This document shows, in pieces, positions 27,863 through 37,062 of a stretch of 59,313 nucleotides of DNA. The stretch's first letter is position 1, and each line of letters starts with the position of its first letter. The notes under the pieces were generated by a model. That model was not told the DNA's origin. It saw only the letters and a list, made by a program, of their open reading frames with translations, and made no database searches. The stretch covers positions 1-59,313 of IMG/VR virus record IMGVR_UViG_3300037327_000208; one strand, 5' to 3'. This DNA comes from a virus. Its lineage: Duplodnaviria; Caudoviricetes. The position numbers and the translations under genes are program-made.

Positions 27863-27891
27863 CTATGTATAAAACACACCGGAGCGGTTTT

Positions 27892-28080
27892 GTGAAACCA
27901 AAAATAAATAAAAACAGAGTTGCAAAACACTTTGGTATATCTAGGCAAGCTGTGGGTCAGTGGTTTGAAGGTGAGATTCCACCAAAAAGAGTAATAGAGC
28001 TTGAAAAGATAACTGGAATACCTCGCCACGAACTCCGCCCAGACATTTACCCACCTGAAGAATACAAAAAAGCCAGCTAA
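27892..28080 (+). CDS. cro: Cro/YdaS-like regulator
   Basis: VAKHFGISRQAVGQW...IP.KR...LE..TGIPRHELRPDIY; GTG start with GGAG RBS; divergent from cI. Confidence 0.9.
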   Translation: MKPKINKNRVAKHFGISRQAVGQWFEGEIPPKRVIELEKITGIPRHELRPDIYPPEEYKKAS

Positions 28081-28093
28081 TAGGGATTTATCT

Positions 28094-28282
28094 ATGTATG
28101 CAAATGAACGTTTAATCAAAAAACATGAAGTAAAGGTACGTTTTGACGACGACATAAACGAGATGCTTGACGCTATTGTAAAAAGCACTGGAGGACAAAA
28201 AGCAGTTGTAGTACGTGACATATTTTTGCGCGGCCTCAACGTAGTAAACGTAAATCATGTTACTGACAATATAGAAGCATGA
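28094..28282 (+). CDS. Small regulator in CII position (ribbon-helix-helix-like)
   Basis: KHEVKVRFDD...GGQKAVVVRDI. Confidence 0.7.
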   Translation: MYANERLIKKHEVKVRFDDDINEMLDAIVKSTGGQKAVVVRDIFLRGLNVVNVNHVTDNIEA

Positions 28283-28337
28283 TAACAACTGGAAGTCCTG
28301 AGAATTGGGCTTTCACATCACTTTAGAGGCCCTTTGA

Positions 28338-28511
28338 ATGACCCTAATAGACCTGAGCGATCAGGAAATGCAGTTAGTACAGAAGTTCGCAAAACAGAGA
28401 AATATAACGATTAACCAGGCAGCACAGATTATTTTTGATGCAGGTAAAGAACGAGTATTAGAACTTGCGTCACCCACCACTGCAATTGTAAGAAAAATGA
28501 AGGCCGCTTAA
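28338..28511 (+). CDS. Small hypothetical protein (57 aa, RHH-like)
   Basis: Read manually: GAGG RBS, MTLIDLSDQEMQLVQKFAKQRNITINQAAQ...KAA. Confidence 0.65.
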   Translation: MTLIDLSDQEMQLVQKFAKQRNITINQAAQIIFDAGKERVLELASPTTAIVRKMKAA

Positions 28512-28521
28512 TTGCGGTTTT
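28503..28521 (+). terminator. Terminator, repeated family copy 1 (tR1-like)
   Basis: GCCGCTTAATTGCGGTTTT. Confidence 0.7.
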
Positions 28522-28674
28522 CAGGTGCTCCACACGCAACTCTATGTAGATGCGTTAAACGTTCGAGATAACAGGGACTCGGCAAAAGGCAAAGGTGAAG
28601 TCTTTAAGGGTCGGGAGTAACCCAGCCGAAGATCCAACTACCGGAGTTACCGGGCAGTTAACAACGAGGTAATT

Positions 28675-28977
28675 ATGTCAGAACAAGAAATAGAAAAAGA
28701 GATTCAAGCCAAGGGTTTAAATGCTCCACGTTTAACGCCCAGCTCAATCGACTCAGTAATAGCTAGCAAGGCGTTTCATGTGTTTGGTGATACGTGTCTA
28801 ACAGTTTGCTGTTTAACCCTCGAAAACGGTTTCACGGTCACTGGTGAGAGTGCCTGTGCTAGTCCAGAGAATTTTAACTCTGAAATCGGTGAAAAAATAG
28901 CATTTAACAACGCGCGTGAAAAAATATGGATGTTGGAAGGGTATTTATTAAAGCATTTGCTTTTCACGTCTATATAA
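28675..28977 (+). CDS. Phage protein, N4 Gp49/Sf6 Gp66 family
   Basis: APRLTP, LTVCCLTLENGFTVTGESACASPENF..EIG..IA, IW.LEGYLLK. Confidence 0.9.
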   Translation: MSEQEIEKEIQAKGLNAPRLTPSSIDSVIASKAFHVFGDTCLTVCCLTLENGFTVTGESACASPENFNSEIGEKIAFNNAREKIWMLEGYLLKHLLFTSI

Positions 28978-29047
28978 ATTCAATTCAATAAAAAGGCTCC
29001 ATCAATGCGCGACAACGCTAGGAGCCTCATTACTAAACGAGGTAAGT

Positions 29048-29242
29048 ATGAGCAAATTAGAAAGAAAAATCAACATTCAAATATTTGGTAAAGGCATTCA
29101 GCTATCAACAGCAAACGGCTACAACACAACGTCTATGACACGTAAAGACCTGCAAGTGTTAATAAGTGACGCGTTAGTTGCTGAACGTGTGCTGGGCGAT
29201 GCTGAGAGAGCTAGAAAAACAGTATTACGGGCGGTGAGCTAA
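29048..29242 (+). CDS. Hypothetical phage protein
   Basis: GAGG RBS; TAATG-coupled to the next gene. Confidence 0.7.
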   Translation: MSKLERKINIQIFGKGIQLSTANGYNTTSMTRKDLQVLISDALVAERVLGDAERARKTVLRAVS

Positions 29243-30174
29243 TGAGTCGCCCCAATTTAAAAGTAATTAGTTCAAGCCAAGGAGTCGAGCCTATGAAAAA
29301 AGCTAATGGGTTCGTTCTACAGCATCAAAGTATTGACAGCCAATCGTGGAGCGATGATCCGTACTGCATGTTAGTCGTTCAGTTTTTAATCAGGAAAGCC
29401 AGTTACAAACCACATGCCATAAAATACGGTAGTCATGACATAGATTTAGATGTCGGTGAGTATGCTACAACAGGCCTAAAACTAGCTAAGAGTAGCGCAG
29501 TTTACGGACTGTACAAATCATCCAAGAACCCTGATGAAGCCGCTAAAAGCGCCATTAAGACGGTATTAAAGACACTTGAAATTGATGGCTTCCTTGCCAA
29601 GCGAATAATTGGCAAAGGTAAGGACCAATGCACAGTCATTACTATCAAAAATTGGGCTAAATTCCAGTCTAAAAAAGCATCGGTTTTAAAACCGATTGTA
29701 GAACCGTTAGCTAAACCGCAACAAAAACCGATTCAAACCCACGCCAGTTGCGACTATCAGAGCGATGCTAAACCGATAGCAAAACCGATAGCAGAACCGA
29801 TGGCTAACCCTAATAACAACAAGGGATATAAACAACAAGAAAGAATAGTACCTAACGGTACTTGTCAAAACCCTGACGAGTTTTCACCTGTAAAATCTCA
29901 AAATATTCCATATCAAGAAATTGTAAATCTATTTGGTGAACATTTCCCATCGTTGCCACAACCAAAAAAATTAAGTTCTGCCAGACGCGCATCAATCAAA
30001 GCTAGACACGTTAATGATTTGAAAAGCAGTGTTGAGAATTGGGGGAAGTATTTCAATTACATCAACACAAGCTGCTCTTGGATGATATCAGGAAGTTACA
30101 ACATCACTTTTGATTATTTGATAAAGCAGGCTAACTTTTTGAACATTTGGGAGGGTGCTAAAAATGACCGTTAA
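29242..30174 (+). CDS. Phage replication initiator (O-like)
   Basis: VITIKNWAKFQ, iteron-encoding linker, IPYQEIVNLF...FDYLIKQANF C-terminal domain; upstream of dnaB. Confidence 0.85.
   Translation: MSRPNLKVISSSQGVEPMKKANGFVLQHQSIDSQSWSDDPYCMLVVQFLIRKASYKPHAIKYGSHDIDLDVGEYATTGLKLAKSSAVYGLYKSSKNPDEAAKSAIKTVLKTLEIDGFLAKRIIGKGKDQCTVITIKNWAKFQSKKASVLKPIVEPLAKPQQKPIQTHASCDYQSDAKPIAKPIAEPMANPNNNKGYKQQERIVPNGTCQNPDEFSPVKSQNIPYQEIVNLFGEHFPSLPQPKKLSSARRASIKARHVNDLKSSVENWGKYFNYINTSCSWMISGSYNITFDYLIKQANFLNIWEGAKNDR
29688..29804 (+). repeat. Replication-origin iterons (12-bp period, 4+3 copies)
   Basis: AACCG-core 12-mers such as AAAACCGATAGC inside the initiator gene, followed by an A-rich tract. Confidence 0.8.
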
Positions 30175-31621
30175 TCACCCACAAATAATTGAAAAATTAA
30201 AAGTGCCTCCACATTCAATCGAGGCTGAACAAAGTGTTTTGGGCTCAATTCTAATCAAAGAGGAATGTTTTGATGAAGTTAGTGATTTTGTAACCGCCAA
30301 CAACTTCTACAACCGTTCTCACGCAATGATATTTGAAAACATGAGCGAAATGATTTCTAAAAACATTCGTATTGATTTGATTACGCTGTCTGATTACCTG
30401 GAAGACAAATTCCTGTTAGAAAAATGCGGAGGTATGGCGTACATAGGTCAACTGGCTAAGAACACACCAAGCACAGCTAACGCCGCTGAATATGCAAAAA
30501 TTGTTGAGAGTCGCAGTACAGTTAGAAACTTAATTAGCGCTTCATACACAATTAGTGATGCGTGTTATAACGCAGAGGGAAGAACAACCGACGAGTTATT
30601 ATTAATCGCTGAGAGTGAGTTAACAGCGGTGTCAGAAGGCACCAGAAGCGCACAGCAAGACACCACAATTAAATCAGGTGTTTATAAATTCTTAGATAAG
30701 TTTGAAATTGCACTACAGGCCAAAGGATTAACCGGTATATCAAGTGGCCTGGCTGATTTAGATAAAAAAACAGGCGGCTTTCAAAACTCTGATTTAATTG
30801 TTATTGCTGCAAGGCCATCCATGGGTAAAACAACATTAGCCCTCAATTTTGCAAATCATGCCGCCAAATCAGGCAAGAAAGTTATGTTTTTTAGTTTAGA
30901 AATGCCAAAGGACCAACTAGTTCTTAAAATGGCTAGTGAATCGGGCCGTATTCCTATCCAAGCACTCCGATCACCTGCTAACGAATACGATAGGGAGGGC
31001 AATGAAGTTCAGGGCGTAGGTATGAATCAGGAGTACCACACAAACCTAACTAATTTCATTGGTAATTTGAATGAATCTAAAATGGTACTGGATATTGACG
31101 ACAGAGGCGGCATTAACCTGGTTGATATGAAAACAGCTCTAAAACGTTTTCAGCGTAAATATGGAAAAGTTGATGAAGTGTTTGTAGATTATTTGCAAAT
31201 AATGACCGGTCCAAAATCAGAAAATAAAACGCAAACAGTGACCGAAATCAGCAACGGCCTTAAACGCATAGCCAAAGAATTTGATTGTCCCGTAATTGCA
31301 TTGTCACAGTTAAATAGGTCGCTTGAATCAAGAACTAATAAGCGACCAACAAACGCAGATTTAAGAGAATCGGGTGCCATTGAGCAAGATGCCGACGTAA
31401 TTTTATTTGTGTACAGAGATGAAGTTTATAACGAGCAGACAACCGACAAGGGTTTGGCTGAAATAATCATAGGAAAGCAACGAAACGGACCGCTCGGAAC
31501 TGTTGGAACAATATTTCAAGGGGAGTTTAGTTCATTCAAAAATCTAACAGGTAGAGAGCTAACATCTCACGTTCAAGCAGAAACCAAACGATATGAGAAA
31601 AAGAAGGGGCTTGAACTATGA
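30164..31621 (+). CDS. dnaB: Phage replicative DNA helicase
   Basis: PPHSIEAEQSVLG, ARPSMGKT, VDYLQ, LSQLNR, DLRESGAIEQDAD, KQRNGP. Confidence 0.96.
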   Translation: MTVNHPQIIEKLKVPPHSIEAEQSVLGSILIKEECFDEVSDFVTANNFYNRSHAMIFENMSEMISKNIRIDLITLSDYLEDKFLLEKCGGMAYIGQLAKNTPSTANAAEYAKIVESRSTVRNLISASYTISDACYNAEGRTTDELLLIAESELTAVSEGTRSAQQDTTIKSGVYKFLDKFEIALQAKGLTGISSGLADLDKKTGGFQNSDLIVIAARPSMGKTTLALNFANHAAKSGKKVMFFSLEMPKDQLVLKMASESGRIPIQALRSPANEYDREGNEVQGVGMNQEYHTNLTNFIGNLNESKMVLDIDDRGGINLVDMKTALKRFQRKYGKVDEVFVDYLQIMTGPKSENKTQTVTEISNGLKRIAKEFDCPVIALSQLNRSLESRTNKRPTNADLRESGAIEQDADVILFVYRDEVYNEQTTDKGLAEIIIGKQRNGPLGTVGTIFQGEFSSFKNLTGRELTSHVQAETKRYEKKKGLEL

Positions 31622-31770
31622 AAACTAACCTACTCACTAACGCCCAAGCAGCCCTGTACAAAAAAATAGAAATGTCAGAGTTAGAGGCAGCTAAGAAAAA
31701 AGCGCAGGCTCAGAGAATGAAAGCCGAGGACGCACAGGACCGTAAGAAATTGAGAGGGGATGCAGCATGA
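31618..31770 (+). CDS. Small hypothetical protein (50 aa)
   Basis: Read manually; ATGA overlaps at both ends. Confidence 0.65.
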   Translation: MKTNLLTNAQAALYKKIEMSELEAAKKKAQAQRMKAEDAQDRKKLRGDAA

Positions 31771-32186
31771 ACGGCAAATTTAGAATAGTTAATAGCCGTG
31801 ACTCTCTTGAGCTTCTAATCAAAGAGGTTCGAGATACTTGGGAGTTTCAAAAATGGCTGATGGTCCAGGTATCAACTGAAAAGCAACGCAGTCAATTACA
31901 AAATAATTCTATGCACCTTTGGTTTGAATGGGTAGCTAAAGAGTTAAATGATCGCGGTATAGATATGCGGGTGCTACTCAAAAGCAAGCCGACAATAGAT
32001 TGGTACGCATCGAGCGTGAAATCTCACGTATGGAGGCCAACGCAGCAGGCCATAGCTGATAAATCATCAACTGCCGACTTATCTACAGTCGAATGCCTAC
32101 AAACCCATGAAGAATTAAACCGGTGGTTTGGTAATTCTTTTGGTTTCCACGTTCCCTGGCCGAATATTAGGAGCAAAACAGCATGA
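31767..32186 (+). CDS. NinB-like protein
   Basis: RSQLQNNSMHLW...VA, SSTADLST.E, VPWP. Confidence 0.7.
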   Translation: MNGKFRIVNSRDSLELLIKEVRDTWEFQKWLMVQVSTEKQRSQLQNNSMHLWFEWVAKELNDRGIDMRVLLKSKPTIDWYASSVKSHVWRPTQQAIADKSSTADLSTVECLQTHEELNRWFGNSFGFHVPWPNIRSKTA

Positions 32187-32347
32187 TTTATTTAATCTTA
32201 TTAATAATTTACATAATCATAGGCGTTGGCACATGGAACGCATTAAGGGCACTTACTATTTTATCCGGTTTATCTGAAGTCAAACACATGAGGATTGTTA
32301 CCGTTTGCCTTTGGCCCGTAGCTTTGATTTATATGGCGAGCAGCTAA
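32183..32347 (+). CDS. Small membrane protein (54 aa)
   Basis: Read manually: MIYLILLIIYIIIGVG...LWPV; coupled at both ends. Confidence 0.6.
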   Translation: MIYLILLIIYIIIGVGTWNALRALTILSGLSEVKHMRIVTVCLWPVALIYMASS

Positions 32348-32685
32348 TGATCCAAAATATAGATCAGAAGACAAAACGCGAACTTATTGAAATTGTGAAG
32401 ATTCAGCAAGAAGAATATATAAGCATAAAAGCTGATTATGAAAATTCAAAAGCAACAATTGAGAGTTTATTAGATTTATACATTCCGAAAGTTGATCCAC
32501 TTTATCTGCCAATTGGGTTCCGTTATCAGCCATTTGCTTCAGGTGAAGTAGTTGAAATAAAAGCACCACCACAGCCACTAGTCCCAATGTATCTACCTAT
32601 TAGTCGTATTGAGCTTATGTTCCCTATATTTTGTGTCTGTTGCGCCGCTATTGGTTGTGTATTTGCTTTTTTGGTAAATGTTTAA
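32347..32685 (+). CDS. Hypothetical protein with C-terminal TM helix
   Basis: TAATG-coupled start MIQNID; hydrophobic C-terminus. Confidence 0.65.
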   Translation: MIQNIDQKTKRELIEIVKIQQEEYISIKADYENSKATIESLLDLYIPKVDPLYLPIGFRYQPFASGEVVEIKAPPQPLVPMYLPISRIELMFPIFCVCCAAIGCVFAFLVNV

Positions 32686-32828
32686 TGGCTAAATCTAATA
32701 TTGTTATAAAAATAAAACTTAAAAAGTGGGCTAAACCTCTAGCCTACATATGTGTGATTTTTCATATTTACATACCAGATTGGTTTTTTATTATTGAGTA
32801 CGGAGATAATAAAAATGACCAACTCTAA
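32685..32828 (+). CDS. Small hypothetical protein
   Basis: TAATG-coupled start MAKSNIVIKIK. Confidence 0.5.
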   Translation: MAKSNIVIKIKLKKWAKPLAYICVIFHIYIPDWFFIIEYGDNKNDQL

Positions 32829-33396
32829 GCGCAGATGTACTAAATGCAAAACATACGAGCCAATTGAGAATGGCATTACCACCCCATTGGGTTTTTTCTG
32901 CTCTCACTTATGCAAATTAAATTACGTTATCGATTCGGGTAATAAATCAAAGATTCAAGATGTAGCTAAAAAGCTAACAAAATCTCGTGCAAAGACAAAA
33001 AAAGAGTCACTAAAAACAGTTGCTAATTACAAGTCAGAACTCCAAGTTATATTCAATAAATGGATAAGACTCACTGATAAAAACCAACCCTGCATTAGTT
33101 GCCAGAGGCATCACACAGGACAGTATCACGCTGGGCATTATCGCAGTCGCGGAAGTTGCCCAGAGTTGCGCTATGAGCCGGATAATTGTTTCAAACAGTG
33201 CGCCCCATGTAACAACCATCTGTCGGGCAATCTAATTAACTACCGAATCAATCTGATTAATAAAATTGGGCTGAACCGGGTTGAGTGGATAGAAGGCCCG
33301 CACGACCCCAAGAAATACACTATTGATGATTTGAAAGAATTGAAAGCGGTTTATAAGGCCAAGATTAAGCAACTTGAACAGGAACTAGCAGCATGA
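32815..33396 (+). CDS. ninG: NinG/Rap family recombination endonuclease
   Basis: Q..FNKWIR..D...PCISC, YHAGHYRSRG, QCAPCN.HLSGNL..YR.NLI.KIG. Confidence 0.92.
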   Translation: MTNSKRRCTKCKTYEPIENGITTPLGFFCSHLCKLNYVIDSGNKSKIQDVAKKLTKSRAKTKKESLKTVANYKSELQVIFNKWIRLTDKNQPCISCQRHHTGQYHAGHYRSRGSCPELRYEPDNCFKQCAPCNNHLSGNLINYRINLINKIGLNRVEWIEGPHDPKKYTIDDLKELKAVYKAKIKQLEQELAA

Positions 33397-33508
33397 GGTT
33401 CACTTTAAACATCATATTTATCATTCTCTGTATTTACACGAGTCATTGTATGTGGATGACAAGAGCTACCGCATACACCACTTTTTTCAGAATTATGAGT
33501 AAATCAGC

Positions 33509-33682
33509 ATGACCGCAAAGTGGCCAGAAGACGGGACCATTGACAATCATTTGCTGGCAGGGGAGCCAATTCACTGCACAAGATGTAAGTCATTTAATTT
33601 GGTGAAACGCGGAGTTGAAAAAGGTAATAAGAGATATGAGTGTAAAAAATGCCTATTAAAGTTTGTTGATAAGGGGTTATAA
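33509..33682 (+). CDS. Small zinc-ribbon protein (57 aa)
   Basis: Read manually: CTRCKS..LVKRG.....KRYECKKC...F. Confidence 0.65.
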   Translation: MTAKWPEDGTIDNHLLAGEPIHCTRCKSFNLVKRGVEKGNKRYECKKCLLKFVDKGL

Positions 33683-33685
33683 ATA

Positions 33686-34258
33686 ATGATGTCAATAGAA
33701 CGTTTATACAGCCGTGAATGTCCCAAATCACAATCAGGTGAAGCCACAAGCCATGGACTTAACCCAATGACGCCAGCAGACATACTGAACATATTGGCTC
33801 AAGTACAGCATTATGAGCCCGTTGGTAATGCAGTGTTAGAAGCTAAAATTCAGCTAAACAACACATCACGCGCAAAGCTGTTAGGTTCAATCAACAAAGA
33901 CTTTATTGTGAATCAGAATATAGATGCTGATTTATCCGCTATGCTTGCTTATCACGTAGTAAGAGAGGTATGTGATACTTGTATATGCCCGAAGTGTAAA
34001 GGCAACGGCTCAGTACTATACAAGAAAGAAAGCCGTTTAGTTGAGTGTAAAAACTGCACTGGTCTAGGGCGTATCATTTACACCACTAAAAAACTGTACC
34101 TAGAAATCAATAAAAACCTATCAAATAAAATGACTTTTCAGCAGTTTACCTATTGTTACTATGATAAATACATGAGCGCTGTAGATAAATTACATGTTGC
34201 AGAATCAACAGCTAAAACGTTTGCTCATGACATAATGGATAGGTTAGCTGCTGCTTAG
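33686..34258 (+). CDS. Late antiterminator Q-like protein
   Basis: CPKCKGNG...CKNCTGLG zinc finger; last early gene before the pR'-like promoter. Confidence 0.82.
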   Translation: MMSIERLYSRECPKSQSGEATSHGLNPMTPADILNILAQVQHYEPVGNAVLEAKIQLNNTSRAKLLGSINKDFIVNQNIDADLSAMLAYHVVREVCDTCICPKCKGNGSVLYKKESRLVECKNCTGLGRIIYTTKKLYLEINKNLSNKMTFQQFTYCYYDKYMSAVDKLHVAESTAKTFAHDIMDRLAAA

Positions 34259-34286
34259 TTAAAGTGTTTAACTAATGCGGTACTGA

Positions 34287-34315
34287 TTGACTAATAAATC
34301 TACATGCTCTATTAT
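34287..34315 (+). promoter_or_regulatory. Late promoter (pR'-like)
   Basis: TTGACT, 17 bp, TATTAT directly after Q and followed by terminators. Confidence 0.8.
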
Positions 34316-34353
34316 CCTATGACACTAAGAGTTTAGACTCTGATTGTTGATAA

Positions 34354-34375
34354 GCCGCTTAATTGCGGTTTTTTT
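34354..34375 (+). terminator. tR'-like terminator, repeated family copy 2
   Basis: GCCGCTTAATTGCGGTTTTTTT. Confidence 0.82.
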
Positions 34376-34501
34376 ACGTCCAAATTTAGCAATCTTATAA
34401 CCTGACGATGCACAGGGTTGTTATCTTACTGAGTGCAAAAGTTTGGTGTGGCATACCATTAGCAGACTAAATTAGCCGAAATGAAACATGTATTTCCCTT
34501 T

Positions 34502-34526
34502 GCCTCGCTATACGCGGGGCTTTTTT
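34502..34526 (+). terminator. Second late-leader terminator
   Basis: GCCTCGC-TATAC-GCGGGGC-TTTTTT. Confidence 0.75.
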
Positions 34527-34539
34527 ATGCGAGATTAAT

Positions 34540-34899
34540 ATGCGATTAACTAAAAACTTTGATAGCTCAGAGTTCGCGTGTAATTGCGGCTGTAAATTAA
34601 ATAACATTAGTCGCGAATTAGTCACAATGCTACAAGAGGCGCGTGACATAGTTGGATCAGGGCTAAGCATCACATCAGGCACACGCTGCCCTAGTCATAA
34701 CAAGCGAGAGGGTGGTTTAGCATCTAGCGCCCATCTCACAGGTCACGCTGCTGACATAGTAGTCGCCAACGGCCATCAAAGACACGTCATTTTATCATCT
34801 CTGTATCAAGTAGGGTTTAGGCGCATAGGCATAGCAAACGGATTCATTCACGTTGATATTGACCCAAAAAAACCATCACCGACCACGTGGAAATATTAG
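34540..34899 (+). CDS. Endolysin, peptidase M15A family
   Basis: NF..SEFAC.CGC, ITSG.RCP.HN..EGG..SS.H..G.AADI, FIHVD. Confidence 0.92.
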   Translation: MRLTKNFDSSEFACNCGCKLNNISRELVTMLQEARDIVGSGLSITSGTRCPSHNKREGGLASSAHLTGHAADIVVANGHQRHVILSSLYQVGFRRIGIANGFIHVDIDPKKPSPTTWKY

Positions 34900-35295
34900 A
34901 TGAACGCATTCGCATTTATATCAAACATATTCAGACCCGCAGTTGATCTAATTGATGCAATACACACAAGCGATGAAGAAAAACTAAAAATCAACAATCA
35001 GCTCGTATTGATAGAAAACGAACTACATTCTAAATTTATCGCATACGAAACACAATTACTCGAGTCAAGAACGTCAATCATTAACAGTGAGGCACAGGGC
35101 GAGAGCTGGATACAAAGAAACTGGCGGCCCATCACTATGCTGACATTTTTAGCTTTAGTCGTGTTTGACAGCTTTGACTTGTTAGCGTTCAGATTAGCTG
35201 ATGAAGCCTGGACACTATTACAACTTGGGTTGGGCGGTTACGTAGCCGGAAGAAGTGCCGAGAAACTAATTAAACATACTAAGTTTTCAAAGTGA
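34900..35295 (+). CDS. Holin (3TM, GTA-release family)
   Basis: SDEEKL, SWIQRNWRP, LGLGGY..GRS.EK. Confidence 0.85.
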   Translation: MNAFAFISNIFRPAVDLIDAIHTSDEEKLKINNQLVLIENELHSKFIAYETQLLESRTSIINSEAQGESWIQRNWRPITMLTFLALVVFDSFDLLAFRLADEAWTLLQLGLGGYVAGRSAEKLIKHTKFSK

Positions 35296-35516
35296 CTGAT
35301 AAGTCAGCCATTGCTAGCTATTCAGTGAACGGCTCTACAGCACTAATTGGATTTGTCACAGTAGAGTTATTAGCGATAACAATCGGTATCATCATGTGTT
35401 TAGCAACATACGCCACAACATATTATTTTCAGAAACTAAGAAATAAGCGTGAGAAAGAGCTTCACATACTTCAAGTCGACGCACTAAAGCGAGGCTCTAT
35501 TAATGATAAAGATTAA
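35292..35516 (+). CDS. Small membrane protein, holin-like
   Basis: One TM helix followed by T.YYFQKLRNKRE basic tail. Confidence 0.65.
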   Translation: MTDKSAIASYSVNGSTALIGFVTVELLAITIGIIMCLATYATTYYFQKLRNKREKELHILQVDALKRGSINDKD

Positions 35517-35679
35517 GTCAAACGGACCAACAAGCAAAGGCATTACAGTACATCAAGATGGTGTTGAGCTATCAGGAATAACAAGAATAGTGATCGACCC
35601 CATTAAACCTAATACCTTAATCACTGCAACACTCACATTGATAGTAGATCAATTAGACATTGAAGCTGATGCCGATTAG
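35503..35679 (+). CDS. Small hypothetical protein (58 aa)
   Basis: Read manually: GAGG RBS, MIKIKSNG...DGVELSGITRI. Confidence 0.65.
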   Translation: MIKIKSNGPTSKGITVHQDGVELSGITRIVIDPIKPNTLITATLTLIVDQLDIEADAD

Positions 35680-36034
35680 ACCCGGTAAGGCGTGCAGAGT
35701 AACAACATGTCCAAGTATAGTTAATGATCGTAAGTATCAAGGCTATTGTGACTCACACAAAGATAAGGCTGGATGGTTCGCCAATGAAAGGATTAAAGGT
35801 AATAGACATCAACGCGGCTATGGTAATCAGTGGGACAAAATCAGAGCAGTTATCATCGAGCGTGATAAGGGCATATGTCAAGAGTGCCTAAGGAATAGAA
35901 TAATTAAATCAGGCTCTCAGGTAGACCACATTAAGCCTAAGTATCAAGGCGGCACAGATAATCATAACAACTTAGAAGTGTTGTGTATGGCTCACCACAG
36001 CGATAAGACGGCAAGGGAAAGAGTAAAACAATGA
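35669..36034 (+). CDS. Packaging-associated HNH endonuclease (HK97 gp74-like)
   Basis: RGY...W.KIR..I..RD...CQEC, VDHIKP..GG.D...NL..LC..HH..KT. Confidence 0.92.
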   Translation: MPIRPGKACRVTTCPSIVNDRKYQGYCDSHKDKAGWFANERIKGNRHQRGYGNQWDKIRAVIIERDKGICQECLRNRIIKSGSQVDHIKPKYQGGTDNHNNLEVLCMAHHSDKTARERVKQ

Positions 36035-36195
36035 AGCTTATAGTAAATAATGATCACATCCAACAAGAAGGAGAAGTGCTTATTAGTGCTGTATTTAATT
36101 TTATAGAGAAAGAAAAGCACAACATGTCACAACTTGAAATAGATGGCTTTGATCTTATGGTTGAGCTTTCTATTAAAGCGATTGCAGCAACCTAA
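36031..36195 (+). CDS. Small hypothetical protein (54 aa)
   Basis: Read manually; ATGA overlap with the HNH gene. Confidence 0.55.
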   Translation: MKLIVNNDHIQQEGEVLISAVFNFIEKEKHNMSQLEIDGFDLMVELSIKAIAAT

Positions 36196-36201
36196 AACAA
36201 T

Positions 36202-37020
36202 ATGCCTACTAACCCCGCCCATTCTGAGTGTAAAGAATGTGGGAAATGGTTTGTAGGCAAAAGAAAATTGCAATTATATTGCTCAAGAAAGTGCAATAAC
36301 AACGCATATGTCAAACTGTTAAGAGAGAAGCGAAAAGAAAACCCAAGCTACGGTAAGAAGTCAAAGTCAGCTAAATGCAAGCAATGTCAAAAAACATTCA
36401 ATCACAATCAAACTAAAGAGCTTAAATTCTGCAGTAGAGAATGTTCAGGCATATTTACGAGAGTTGAAAGTCAACCGCCATTCACTAACGTTTACTTTAA
36501 TAATTGTGGGATATGCAACTCAGTACATTGCACAAAATCTCCATGCAAGAAAGCCTGCACTAAATGCGCTGATAAATACTCTAAGAAATATAAAAAGTTA
36601 GTTCTCAGCAACAGAACAGTAAAGACATGCCCAAAGTGCAGTTGTAATTATTCGCCACTTCCAGGATATCGCAAATTTAAATGCTGCAGCAGTCAATGCT
36701 CATCTAAAATGATGATTGACTCAACTAGAAGAAGAAAAATACTAAGGGATAAGAGGATTAAAAACAGCCTCAACCTTGAGATTTTCAACCCTTTCGAAGT
36801 ATTCAATAGAGATAAGTGGAAGTGCCAGTGCTGCAGCAAGAAGTTAAAGCAGGATGACAGAGGCAAAATGATTGATAAAGCTCCAGAGTTAGATCACATC
36901 ATCCCGCTAAGTAAGGGTGGAGAACACAACAGGCGCAACACACAGCTACTTTGTAGAAAGTGTAATGGTGCTAAAAGCAATAATGGGTATGAAGGCGAAC
37001 AGATGCTACTGGTTGGATGA
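36202..37020 (+). CDS. Multi-zinc-finger HNH endonuclease (homing-endonuclease-like)
   Basis: Repeated CxxC...CSxxC units; RDKWKCQCC, LDHIIPLSKGGEH...N.QLLC..CN..K. Confidence 0.88.
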   Translation: MPTNPAHSECKECGKWFVGKRKLQLYCSRKCNNNAYVKLLREKRKENPSYGKKSKSAKCKQCQKTFNHNQTKELKFCSRECSGIFTRVESQPPFTNVYFNNCGICNSVHCTKSPCKKACTKCADKYSKKYKKLVLSNRTVKTCPKCSCNYSPLPGYRKFKCCSSQCSSKMMIDSTRRRKILRDKRIKNSLNLEIFNPFEVFNRDKWKCQCCSKKLKQDDRGKMIDKAPELDHIIPLSKGGEHNRRNTQLLCRKCNGAKSNNGYEGEQMLLVG

Positions 37021-37062
37021 GGGAGGGGCACCCTTTTTCTCTACAGCCTAACCACACAGGAC

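Noticed and set aside
28560-28660. c-di-GMP-I riboswitch
   Set aside because: Has GGCAAA and GTTACC-like pieces but lacks the GNRA-capped P2 and the GACGCAAAG junction.
33509-33682. IS1 element (InsA-like zinc ribbon)
   Set aside because: No InsB transposase, terminal inverted repeats or target duplication; it is a coupled nin-region gene.
34380-34447. Hammerhead ribozyme (CTGACGA followed by a TGCAC/GTGCA stem)
   Set aside because: The required GAAA after stem II reads AAAG, and stem I cannot form convincingly.
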